A stretch of 64,000 nt of DNA from Candidatus Nomurabacteria bacterium (GTDB lineage: Bacteria > Patescibacteriota > Minisyncoccia > Phycocordibacterales > UBA918), in the NCBI GenBank assembly GCA_020632095.1, contig JACKGF010000001.1, positions 444,937 to 508,936 of the forward strand, given 5' to 3'. A model generated the notes under the pieces. That model did no database searches. It saw only the letters and a list, made by a program, of their open reading frames with translations, and was not told the origin of the DNA. Below are positions 8,534-17,602 of this stretch, piece by piece. The position numbers and the translations under genes are program-made. How positions within the stretch are numbered: position 1 is the first letter of the stretch; every line of letters starts with the position of its first letter.

Positions 8534-9850
8534 TTAAATTGTTTTTTTATTTTCTCTTTCTACCTCAGTCAGAGCCTCGGTTTTAGCATAAACCCTTAAA
8601 ACATATTCCCTTGATTCACTTCCATATTTTTTCAAATCATTTACATCACTCTCTTTTGCAAAATCGGCAATCGCCAAAAACAACTCCTTGCCTTGAGGAA
8701 GCATATCCAAAGTGATTTCACCAGCAATAATTCTTTTGTGTTCATCAATACAATACAGCCTAACAGCCTCTCCTACTCTAGCTGCCCCAACGTTGTAACC
8801 ACTAATTATTAAAGGTGTCATAAAATCCTGCAGAAATGTAGCTTCACTACTAAACCTCTCTTTAAAATATGAAAAAGCCTCTTCACCCATATGATACTTA
8901 ACTTGCTTCCATAAATCAGGGATAAACTCATTAAACGCAGCCACTTGCTGTGGTATTGAAGCATAAAAATCGCTTAAATTTTTTGCATAAGCGTTTGCTG
9001 TATCAGGTACAAACTGAAAAACTCCCCTCGCTTCTTTTTTACTAGATACATTATTATCAAACTTTGACTCATGCGCACATAGACCCAAAACAAGCCTTTT
9101 AACCTCTAAAGCAATTTCTTCCGGCAAACCACTCTCATCAGAAAAATTAAGATTACTCAAAACATAATCTTTTCGACTCAGACCTTGACCAGGGACTGGT
9201 TTATTGGCGAAATATTCTATTATATCAATGAACCTGATAATTTTTCCACATTCAATTCCTGTAGCCAGCTCTGGTTCTCTACCTAAATCATAAGCGCTAT
9301 TAAAATCATTCACTACCGCACAGCGGTCAGCAATTTGACAGTCTGGGTATTTTTCCTGATGCATTTTCTGCACATAGTCCATCCATTCAGTCACAATTCC
9401 ATTCTCCGGTATACCACCAGCATTTAATGTTCCTGGTGTATATTTATGAAGCTCTGCCTGACCATTCTTGGTCTTATAATCAACAAATTCTCGAAACCTT
9501 ACTGGTTTACCAACCGGTCGATTATTTCCATCTAAAAACAAAATTTCATCTTTACGTAACAAAGCCTCAGCTTTATAACCAGCCACCTCATTCGCAAAAG
9601 TAGGGAGAGATTCACCATTTTGGAGAACATTCTCTATATCACTAGCTGATTCATTATTTACAGTTGCTAAAGCACTTGTTTCAAGCCTTTTTCTAGATGA
9701 AGAATCTTCCCCGACCTGAATCAGCTTATCCAACATTTTTGGCAACACAGTTACACCTAAAGCTGCAGCAATAGCCAATCTCAATGATTGCCTTCGTTTC
9801 TCTGACTTTAGATCTTCTGCCTGACCACCCGAGCCTTTATATGCTTCCAT
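8534..9850 (-). CDS. lytic transglycosylase (SLT-domain) protein
   Basis: CAHESKFDNNVSSKKEARGVFQFVPDTA matches the family-1 ES...GxxQ...P.TA core. Confidence 0.6.
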   Translation of the reverse strand: MEAYKGSGGQAEDLKSEKRRQSLRLAIAAALGVTVLPKMLDKLIQVGEDSSSRKRLETSALATVNNESASDIENVLQNGESLPTFANEVAGYKAEALLRKDEILFLDGNNRPVGKPVRFREFVDYKTKNGQAELHKYTPGTLNAGGIPENGIVTEWMDYVQKMHQEKYPDCQIADRCAVVNDFNSAYDLGREPELATGIECGKIIRFIDIIEYFANKPVPGQGLSRKDYVLSNLNFSDESGLPEEIALEVKRLVLGLCAHESKFDNNVSSKKEARGVFQFVPDTANAYAKNLSDFYASIPQQVAAFNEFIPDLWKQVKYHMGEEAFSYFKERFSSEATFLQDFMTPLIISGYNVGAARVGEAVRLYCIDEHKRIIAGEITLDMLPQGKELFLAIADFAKESDVNDLKKYGSESREYVLRVYAKTEALTEVERENKKTI

Positions 9851-9852
9851 AA

Positions 9853-12105
9853 CTATTTTGCCACTGCGGCTGCCTCATCAAATTTAACCGAGAGTATTTT
9901 AGACACACCATCACCACCCATGGTAATACCGTAGAGAATTCCAGCCCGAGCCATAGTTTCACGGTTGTGAGTAATCAGCACCAACTGCGACTTCTTAGCC
10001 AAAGCTTCAATCATATCGCCATAGCGTCGACTATTGGCTTCGTCTAGAGCCGCGTCAGTCTCATCCAAGATAATAAATGGTGGCGGGTTAACCTGACTCA
10101 TGGCAAAAATAAGCGCAATTGAAGTTAGTGCCCGTTCACCACCAGACAACATGTCCAGTCCACGCACCCTCTTATTAGGAAGAGAGATATTAAGTTCTAC
10201 CCCTTCTTCAGTTTCTACCTCCTCCTCACTATCTTCGTTCATCTTATTCTTCAGAGTCACTCTTTCCAGAGAAGCAGAACCACCGCCAAACATAAGGGTG
10301 AAAAAAGTATGGAACTCAACGGTAATTTTCTCTAACCCACCCACAAATTGCTCCTGCAACTTCGCTTGCATATCAACAATCAACTCTTTAAGATTCTCAA
10401 CCGAGGCTTCAAGGTCAGCCAACTCTCTAGCTAAAAATTCGTCACGTTCTTTAGCATTGTTGTACTCCTTAAGTAATTCATCAGTTGCACCGATTCCTAG
10501 CTCTTCAAGACGAATTTTAAGCTTCTCCACTTCCCTACGACGTTCGCGCTGTACACTCCTATCTTCATTTACCATCTCCTCCTGGTTAAGAACTTCGCCT
10601 GACGGAGACAATACTTCATGTGAATAGTAATCAGAGGCACCTCGCCCAAGCAAAGACACTGCTTCTTGCAGTTCATTCTTGAAATCTGCTCTATCTCTTT
10701 CTAGCATAGACAAATCCCTATCAATTGAAACCAAGGTCGACTCCAGTTCACGCTGTCGATTCATCGAGGTAAACATTTCTCGTTCGGCTTCACGATTCCT
10801 TTCGGTACCAGACACCTGTTCTCCGCGTATCCTCTCTAACTCTTCTTTTTTCCTAGACTCTTCTTCAGTCGCATTCAAAACCTGTTCCTCGACTTTTTTC
10901 AAGCTTTTCTGAATAGAAGCCAATTCAGCTTTATCAGCTTCTGAAGTATCTATTACTTCACCTTGTTCGTGTTTTAAAAAGGTTTTTAATTGGTGAACCA
11001 GGTCGTTCAAAGCTCTTTCAAGTGATGACTCTCCTCCACGACTAATGGCTTTTTCGGCACTACTCTCAATCATTAATACCAACTTTTCTAATTGAGTCCT
11101 TGAGATAAGAGAATTTGTCTCAACCGCAGCTTTTGGTGGAGTGGCAATCCTTCTTTCAATAAATGAAATCTGACCGCTGATTCGACTCATCTCTCGCTCA
11201 GCCTCTTGTCTGACGCCTGAAGCCTGCCTAAATTCCTGTTCAGCGTTTTCTAATTCATTAGAAATTGGTTTAGCTTCTGATTCTTTTAAAACCTTTTTTA
11301 TATCGGTCAAACTCTCTCTTACCTTCTCCAATTCTTCAGCCGGACCCCTCCGCTCTGCGGTCAAACGGTCGAAATGAAAAGCAACGTAAGTATCTTCACG
11401 CTTAAGATATTCTGCCAAGTGTGTTCGGAGAAGTTTCTGAACCTCGAGTGAACGCTCAGCTTTTTCAACTTGTTTATGTAAATACTTTAGATGAGGCGCT
11501 GCTTCCCTACGTAAGGACTCTACCTGTAAAATATTTTCGCGAGTTTTTTCAAACTTACGCTCGGTCTCTTGTTTTTTTAATTGATAAACCTTGAGACCAA
11601 GTGCATCCTCAATCATTTCGCGACGTTCTTTCGGTCCAGCAGCTAATACTCTATCTGCCTCACCTTGCGAAATAATATGGTGACCTGTTGAACCAATATT
11701 GGCATTAGCCAGCAATTCGTGTACGTCTTTCAGCCGAACAGTGGAGTCATTTAGTTTGTATTCATTTTGACCATCACGGTGAACGATACGCTCGATTTGG
11801 ACTTCGTCAAAATCAAGCGCAAAAGTCCGGGCTTTGTTATCAAACACCACCTTTACACTAGCTCGATTACCGCGAGACACTTTCTCCGATCCTCCCCAAA
11901 TCAAATCCTCCCCTTTTTTACCGCGCATCGACTTAACAGACTGTTCACCCAAAACAAAACGAAACGATTCAGCAATATTACTTTTTCCAGAACCATTAGG
12001 ACCAACAATAGCGGTAATAGCCGCCGAAAATTCCAACTCGCTTTTTTTAGCGAAAGACTTAAACCCATTAATTGAAAGTTCTTTTAAATACATTTTAATT
12101 ACCAA
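9853..12105 (-). CDS. SMC-family ATPase (shortened SMC-like chromosome segregation protein)
   Basis: SMC N-terminus LSINGFKSFA...IVGPNGSGKSNI, long coiled coil, C-terminal LSGGER signature and Walker B ILDETDAALD; only 750 aa. Confidence 0.7.
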   Translation of the reverse strand: MVIKMYLKELSINGFKSFAKKSELEFSAAITAIVGPNGSGKSNIAESFRFVLGEQSVKSMRGKKGEDLIWGGSEKVSRGNRASVKVVFDNKARTFALDFDEVQIERIVHRDGQNEYKLNDSTVRLKDVHELLANANIGSTGHHIISQGEADRVLAAGPKERREMIEDALGLKVYQLKKQETERKFEKTRENILQVESLRREAAPHLKYLHKQVEKAERSLEVQKLLRTHLAEYLKREDTYVAFHFDRLTAERRGPAEELEKVRESLTDIKKVLKESEAKPISNELENAEQEFRQASGVRQEAEREMSRISGQISFIERRIATPPKAAVETNSLISRTQLEKLVLMIESSAEKAISRGGESSLERALNDLVHQLKTFLKHEQGEVIDTSEADKAELASIQKSLKKVEEQVLNATEEESRKKEELERIRGEQVSGTERNREAEREMFTSMNRQRELESTLVSIDRDLSMLERDRADFKNELQEAVSLLGRGASDYYSHEVLSPSGEVLNQEEMVNEDRSVQRERRREVEKLKIRLEELGIGATDELLKEYNNAKERDEFLARELADLEASVENLKELIVDMQAKLQEQFVGGLEKITVEFHTFFTLMFGGGSASLERVTLKNKMNEDSEEEVETEEGVELNISLPNKRVRGLDMLSGGERALTSIALIFAMSQVNPPPFIILDETDAALDEANSRRYGDMIEALAKKSQLVLITHNRETMARAGILYGITMGGDGVSKILSVKFDEAAAVAK

Positions 12106-12662
12106 TCTTCTGCTCCAGCTGAATAAATTGCGTAAACAGACGGATCAGGCACAGCTCCACACCAACCATTACTATAGTTTTTGGGACAACGAGCAAATTC
12201 ATTTTCAAAACTAGTAACAAATTTTGTTTCTACTGAACCGTTAACTAACACCTTGTATGCATCATGAGTTCCATTTACATGATATATATACCCTTTATCT
12301 ATTTCAGACTCCTTGTTTGGATCAGTTGGCAACTCGCCTATAAATTCAGGAACTAAACCAACGATATACTCAGGACAATCTGTAAGGTTTCCTCCAAATC
12401 CATTCGAATGAGTACCTGGTCCAGTCCAGTATGTAGCTTCACCACACCCTGCGTCTGGATACACGCCATTCTGTGCTTTATAAAGCTTCAAGGCAAGCTG
12501 TAGCGACTTTAAATCAGCCTTACGGATATCATCACGAGCAGCTTCTTTGACACTAGCGTAATTAACAACAACTACCGCCGATAAAATACCGATAATTGCA
12601 ATCACCACCATTACCTCAAGCAAAGTAAATCCAATTTGCAGCAATTTCTTGTTCATTTGCAT
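12099..12662 (-). CDS. type IV pilin/pseudopilin (prepilin N-terminal methylation domain)
   Basis: IG|FTLLEVMVVIAIIGILSAV class III signal. Confidence 0.8.
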   Translation of the reverse strand: MQMNKKLLQIGFTLLEVMVVIAIIGILSAVVVVNYASVKEAARDDIRKADLKSLQLALKLYKAQNGVYPDAGCGEATYWTGPGTHSNGFGGNLTDCPEYIVGLVPEFIGELPTDPNKESEIDKGYIYHVNGTHDAYKVLVNGSVETKFVTSFENEFARCPKNYSNGWCGAVPDPSVYAIYSAGAEDW

Positions 12663-12753
12663 ATCATAACATCTATGTATGAACCATTATCTAAGTAGTG
12701 AACACTGTATTAAACTAAATAATCTATTGTTACAACAGTAACAAAAAAACACC

Positions 12754-13332
12754 TTACATACATTCAGCTCCTGGGCTATAAATAGCAAGCGACGAATAAT
12801 AAACTGGCGCAGTAGGAACACAGTTTCCTCCCACAGGACAAGTGGGTGCACTTGGGCAGCGAGCAAATTCGTCATTTTGATCTATACCGTTAGAAGGAGA
12901 AGTCGCTCCTGCAAAACAATTTTCAGCAATGAGTTTATAGAAAGAGAAGTTAACTTTGTCAACATAATATTTTATATTACAATTTGGATTTGAGGATGAC
13001 TCATGGCTTAATAACTTAGGAATATAATCTGGAGTTAAACCAGTTATATAATCGGTTAGACCACACAATGTACTGTCGGCATAATTTGTTGCGGGATTAC
13101 TTCCACCACAAGGCGCACCAGTAGCAGCGTTTGGGTATTTGCCATATTGGCTTTTATATAACTCTATTGCTAACTGCATCTCTTTCAACTCTGATCGAAA
13201 AGATTTATTCACAGCAACTTGTCTTGCTCCACCAAAATTTGCATAAATCACTACTGACAAAATACCTATTATTGTAATTACAACTAGTATCTCTATGAGG
13301 GTGAAGCCTGATTTTACAGAAAATTTTTTCAT
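12754..13332 (-). CDS. type IV pilin/pseudopilin
   Basis: SG|FTLIEILVVITIIGILS. Confidence 0.8.
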   Translation of the reverse strand: MKKFSVKSGFTLIEILVVITIIGILSVVIYANFGGARQVAVNKSFRSELKEMQLAIELYKSQYGKYPNAATGAPCGGSNPATNYADSTLCGLTDYITGLTPDYIPKLLSHESSSNPNCNIKYYVDKVNFSFYKLIAENCFAGATSPSNGIDQNDEFARCPSAPTCPVGGNCVPTAPVYYSSLAIYSPGAECM

Positions 13333-13357
13333 ATTGTCTTACTTAAGAATTCAAAAT

Positions 13358-14014
13358 TTATTGTATGTCACAAATTATATCTTCTGTATATCTTTCTATT
13401 AAATTATTATAATTACCGTTACTAGGGGATACAGTAGGAGTGATGTATCCACCCCACACTCCATAAGATGTCTTGAATTGTGCATTGGACTCACTACACC
13501 ATGCAGGTAAGTTGTTTGAAGGTAATGTTGTATTACACATACCAACTGAAATAATATTTGACGCGTCACAACTTTTAAAAGGATGACTGTAATCAACCAC
13601 CTCAGACTCGACTGTGTTTTTAGCCATTAACTTATACACTGTTCCCTCAGTATTTACAGTATAAACATACCCAGAATTGCTACCGTTTAATTTTGGATCC
13701 TTTGGTAAAGTTGGAATATATTCTGGAGCTATATTTACAATATAGATATTACTGCCTGATCCACAAGCATACGCTGTGCCAATTTGGCCAGACCAAGTAC
13801 CAGAAGCATTACAACCAGCCGGGTAAACACCATTGCGATTTTTATATAACTCAATAGCTGTTTGTAGCGTTCGTAAATCACCTTGTCTTTGAGCGTCACG
13901 AGAAGCAGCCGAACTATCGCCAAAATTCGCATATAGCACAGCACTGAGTATACCTATTATAGATATAACAACCATTAGCTCAATCAAACTAAATCCCGAT
14001 GAGAACTTTTTCAT
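13358..14014 (-). CDS. type IV pilin/pseudopilin
   Basis: SG|FSLIELMVVISIIGILS. Confidence 0.8.
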   Translation of the reverse strand: MKKFSSGFSLIELMVVISIIGILSAVLYANFGDSSAASRDAQRQGDLRTLQTAIELYKNRNGVYPAGCNASGTWSGQIGTAYACGSGSNIYIVNIAPEYIPTLPKDPKLNGSNSGYVYTVNTEGTVYKLMAKNTVESEVVDYSHPFKSCDASNIISVGMCNTTLPSNNLPAWCSESNAQFKTSYGVWGGYITPTVSPSNGNYNNLIERYTEDIICDIQ

Positions 14015-14113
14015 ATTAAAAGTATATCATGCACCAACTTAAAGACAGTCAGCTACTCACCAAAACTCTTGAATACTACTCAAAAGTTTCACTAAACATT
14101 TATGAAAAATTTA

Positions 14114-14830
14114 TCACTCTCCGTCCCAACCTTTTGCTATTACCGCTTTCTCGGCTGCTTGTTGTTCGGCTTCTTGTTTAGAGCGACCTTGCCCCTCAGC
14201 GACTAATTCACTTTTAAGATAAACTCCAACCGTAAACACACGGTCATGGTCTGGTCCGACTTGATTGATAGTTTCGTAAGTTGGAGTGATAGAGGAGTGT
14301 TCTTGAGCTAATTCCTGGAAACGACTCTTAGCATCTTGCCACAATCGCTTATGAACAATATTTTCAGTTTTGGCAAACAAATGTCCCGCGATAAATTCTT
14401 TCGCTGTTTCATAACCTTGATCAAGATAGATTGCCCCAATACAGGCTTCAAAAGCATTGGCCAAAATATATTGTCTAGCTCGACCAACATCCTTAGCTTC
14501 GCCTTTAGACATTAGTAGGTATTCATTAATACCAAGTTGTTCAGAAACTTGAGCTAATGAAACTGTATTTACCAAGGCGGCTCGTACTGCCGTCAGTTCC
14601 CCTTCGGGCTTTTCTAAATATTTTTTATATAAAAAATCTGTTACCACTAACTCCAAGACAGCGTCGCCTAAGAACTCCAGTCTTTCGTTGTGGTCCCAAG
14701 TAGCTTCACGGTGTTCATTTAAATAAGATCGATGTGTAACCGCGGACAGCAAAATATTTGTATCAGTAAAATTAACACCAATTAGGGTCTGAAGTTTTAT
14801 TAAATCAGTTTGTATATTTCGTTCTTCCAT
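14114..14830 (-). CDS. rnc: ribonuclease III
   Basis: ERLEFLGDAVLELVVTDFLY RNase III signature plus C-terminal dsRBD. Confidence 0.9.
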   Translation of the reverse strand: MEERNIQTDLIKLQTLIGVNFTDTNILLSAVTHRSYLNEHREATWDHNERLEFLGDAVLELVVTDFLYKKYLEKPEGELTAVRAALVNTVSLAQVSEQLGINEYLLMSKGEAKDVGRARQYILANAFEACIGAIYLDQGYETAKEFIAGHLFAKTENIVHKRLWQDAKSRFQELAQEHSSITPTYETINQVGPDHDRVFTVGVYLKSELVAEGQGRSKQEAEQQAAEKAVIAKGWDGE

Positions 14831-14866
14831 ATTTAATTCCTCTAGCGAGGTTTTTAAACACTACCA

Positions 14867-15769
14867 CTATTTACCGCCTCTGCCAACGAGCATCGTTACC
14901 GCCTTAGTTACAATCGGTAAAATATCTTCGTAAAAATTCAAATCCAAAATCTCAGCCACTTTGAACCATTTAGCATCGTCCAGTCCACCTTTTTTAATTA
15001 ATTGAATATCCTGATAAGGTGCGCCAGCTAAAAAGTAGTGCACTTGCTTACGGACCTTTCCAACTTCTGGCTGGGTAGCTACGTATTCGTTTTTACCAAG
15101 TTCAGCTTCAATTTGGACTGGTAGACCAATCTCTTCTAACAAAGCGCGAGTAGCACCCTGCTCAACTGTCTCTTCTTCTTTTACCTTACTCTTAGACAGA
15201 GTCCAGTGACCGAATATATCGTGCACTAGAGCAAAATACATCTGTCCTTCATGTTCTGAATAAACCACTGCGCCTGACAAACGTTCAATTGGCATCTCAT
15301 CAAATGGGACATCTTTCTTTCGACGCTTACTCTGCTCTTCTTTACCTGGTTCGCCAATTTCCTTATAAACAGCTCCCAGTACACCATTTACAAATCGACT
15401 ACTGTTGTCTCCACCAAATTGCTTAGCCAATTCAATTGCTTCATTAATAGCTACTTTGGCTGGTACCTCTGAACGCTCAGCAAAAAGAAGTTCAAATAAA
15501 CCAAGTCTAAGAATATTTCTATCGACCGGAGAGATACGTTCAATTGGCCACTCAGGAGCAGCTTTAGCGATTACTAAATCTAGTTCGGGTTGTTTAGACA
15601 TTACTCCATCAAGGAGCTTTTCCATAAACGGCAAATCTGTCTTGTTGGGTGCAAACTCAGTTACGTTGCGATCCAAAACCTCATGCACAACTTTTCGTTC
15701 TAGCGCATTTAAATCCCACTCAAAGAGGGACTGAAGAACGATACTGCGTGATAAATGTCGATTTGCCAT
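14867..15769 (-). CDS. nusB: NusB antitermination factor fused to a C-terminal Nudix-like domain
   Basis: N-terminal ~135 aa NusB (AINEAIELAKQFGGDNSSRFVNGVLGAV); basic linker; C-terminal Nudix fold with degenerate box RALLEEIGL. Confidence 0.7.
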   Translation of the reverse strand: MANRHLSRSIVLQSLFEWDLNALERKVVHEVLDRNVTEFAPNKTDLPFMEKLLDGVMSKQPELDLVIAKAAPEWPIERISPVDRNILRLGLFELLFAERSEVPAKVAINEAIELAKQFGGDNSSRFVNGVLGAVYKEIGEPGKEEQSKRRKKDVPFDEMPIERLSGAVVYSEHEGQMYFALVHDIFGHWTLSKSKVKEEETVEQGATRALLEEIGLPVQIEAELGKNEYVATQPEVGKVRKQVHYFLAGAPYQDIQLIKKGGLDDAKWFKVAEILDLNFYEDILPIVTKAVTMLVGRGGK

Positions 15770-15885
15770 ATTTAATGTACTAAACTTTTACTACCCATTA
15801 TTGTACCACTAGAAAATGTGTATACAAACACAAATCCACATAAGGAAATTGCTGGACTAAGGTCCAGCAATTTCATGGGATTTGA

Positions 15886-16173
15886 TTACTTAACTTCTTC
15901 TTTCTTTTCTTCTGGAGCTACTTCGGGCTCTACCTCTTCGTGCTGAGCACCAATAGCTTCGCGCTTAGCCTCCAGTCGAGCCTCTCTTGACTTCTTTTTT
16001 GCTGCCATATCAACCACCATTCGTCCCTTGTAGAAACCACAGTCTAAACACATATGGTGAGGACGATGCTTAGCTCCACAGTTTTGGCACGTAGCCAAAG
16101 TGGGCGCTGTAAGCGCATGATGAGAACGACGATTTGCGGTGTGTGACCGCGTGTGACGCATTCGAATTACCAT
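15886..16173 (-). CDS. rpmF: 50S ribosomal protein L32 with Lys/Glu-rich C-terminal tail
   Basis: [36 protein letters not shown]. Confidence 0.8.
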   Translation of the reverse strand: MVIRMRHTRSHTANRRSHHALTAPTLATCQNCGAKHRPHHMCLDCGFYKGRMVVDMAAKKKSREARLEAKREAIGAQHEEVEPEVAPEEKKEEVK

Positions 16174-16267
16174 AGTGGCGAAACTATAGCAGAATTACAT
16201 AAAAACGCAATATGTTTAACCTAATACTGTGATTTTGCTACTTTAATCGTTGTTTTCTAGAGTTACT

Positions 16268-16876
16268 TTAATCTTTCACAACCTCAATATTTCCACAAAA
16301 ACTTTGTCTATGTGCAACAGAAAAACCATATTTTTTAATCGCCTCACGATGATTTTTAGTTCCATAGCCCTTATGTCTGGCAAAACCATACGATGGAAAT
16401 TCAGTGTCCAGCTCAAGCATATAATGATCGCGGATGACTTTAGCCATAATTGAAGCTAGCCCAATCACCTTTTCACTACTATCACCCTTGATAATAGTTT
16501 CTTGATTAAATTCTGCTGGTGCTTTAAGCGAACCGTCCAGTTTAATAAAACATTCTTCTGGATTAAGTTCCAACTCCACAATACCAGCCGCAATAGCGCG
16601 TCTAATCGCTGATACAATCCCTTTCGAATCAATCGACTGGGCTGAGACAAACTTCACCGAATACTCTAAAAAACCTTGTTTTGCAAGCTCTTTTGCACTA
16701 TTAAAAATTTCCTCCCGTTTTTTTTCACTCAATTTTTTAGAATCATTCACCCCAGGAATCATCGCCCAATCAAAATCCTGAGCAACTTTCACCAACCCTA
16801 CCGCCACAGGCCCTGCGAGTGGACCCCGCCCCGCCTCATCAATTCCAATCAGGTATTTAGCTTTCATATCTCCCAT
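16268..16876 (-). CDS. rnhB: ribonuclease HII
   Basis: YLIGIDEAGRGPLAGPV; internal start chosen (MGDMKAKYLIG); the 5' part of the ORF as given looks non-coding. Confidence 0.8.
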   Translation of the reverse strand: MGDMKAKYLIGIDEAGRGPLAGPVAVGLVKVAQDFDWAMIPGVNDSKKLSEKKREEIFNSAKELAKQGFLEYSVKFVSAQSIDSKGIVSAIRRAIAAGIVELELNPEECFIKLDGSLKAPAEFNQETIIKGDSSEKVIGLASIMAKVIRDHYMLELDTEFPSYGFARHKGYGTKNHREAIKKYGFSVAHRQSFCGNIEVVKD

Positions 16877-16987
16877 TATACCACAGTGTTGACTTTTCAT
16901 GTATTTTATGTATAATAGTAGAGGCAACAGTCCCCTAAATTCACCCATCATATGGGTATCCGCTATATTATAGAGGAGTAAGTTGAA

Positions 16988-17212
16988 ATGACCCCAAACC
17001 GAATGGCGCACACGGTGCTTAGTTGGATGATAGCACTGTTAGCTGTAGGCGCTATCGTTTCAGTATTCGCTCTAAAAAACTATGAGTACTCAACAGTTTG
17101 CCTCTCCCTAGTAGTTATTGGGATGATATTCATCCATCATCTGCTAGAAAGCCCGGAGAAAGTCGAGGCCGAAGAGCGAGCGAAGGAAGTCGAGACTTCC
17201 GACAAAGAATAA
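16988..17212 (+). CDS. small membrane protein, hypothetical
   Basis: 74 aa with two hydrophobic helices and an acidic tail. Confidence 0.35.
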   Translation: MTPNRMAHTVLSWMIALLAVGAIVSVFALKNYEYSTVCLSLVVIGMIFIHHLLESPEKVEAEERAKEVETSDKE

Positions 17213-17226
17213 TGAGCATCACAGCT

Positions 17227-17257
17227 CGAAAACCCTACCTCTTTTGGTAGGGTTTTA
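17227..17257 (+). terminator. intrinsic terminator
   Basis: aaaaccctacc-tctttt-ggtagggtttt followed by a T-run. Confidence 0.6.
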
Positions 17258-17279
17258 CATTTTTACAGCTAATACTCGC

Positions 17280-17600
17280 GTGAGCACTTCCACTCAGAGC
17301 AAGGTCTCGCTTTAATCCTCCACACTGAGCGAGGGTGTACTAGAAACTGCCATTGCGGAGCCAGCTATAAACAGCGAAGGAAAGACAGAAAATCACAACT
17401 GTTTAAACCACACTGAGCGAGGTCTCACTTTAAAACATCACTGCGGAGAGGATTTGTTTTATAGGGAGCTGAAGTAGGAAATTGTGACTGTCTGAGTGTA
17501 GCGAGTTTCACAATTTCCGCTACGTAAGCGACCATATAAAACAATCCTCGTAGCATTATGATGTTTTAAAGCGAGACCGAGCGATGCTATACTATCCCAA
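17280..17600. promoter_or_regulatory. repeat-rich structured leader upstream of dnaE
   Basis: about 25-nt motif gagcgaggtctcRctttaaaacatc in three direct copies plus one inverted copy; 11-bp hairpin ggaaattgtga/tcacaatttcc. Confidence 0.4.
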
Positions 17601-17602
17601 CT

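Noticed and set aside
10100-10912. Plus-strand ORFs inside smc (also 1865-2203, 15405-15734, 18221-18460, 57709-58761, 63582-63812, and others)
   Set aside because: They are antisense shadow ORFs within well-supported genes. Their Ser/Arg-rich low-complexity translations are typical of out-of-frame repeats.
17300-17330. DnaA box / oriC upstream of dnaE
   Set aside because: ttaatcctccaca resembles TTATCCACA only loosely. No dnaA or dnaN is nearby (gyrB is 12 kb away with pheST between), and the evidence is insufficient.
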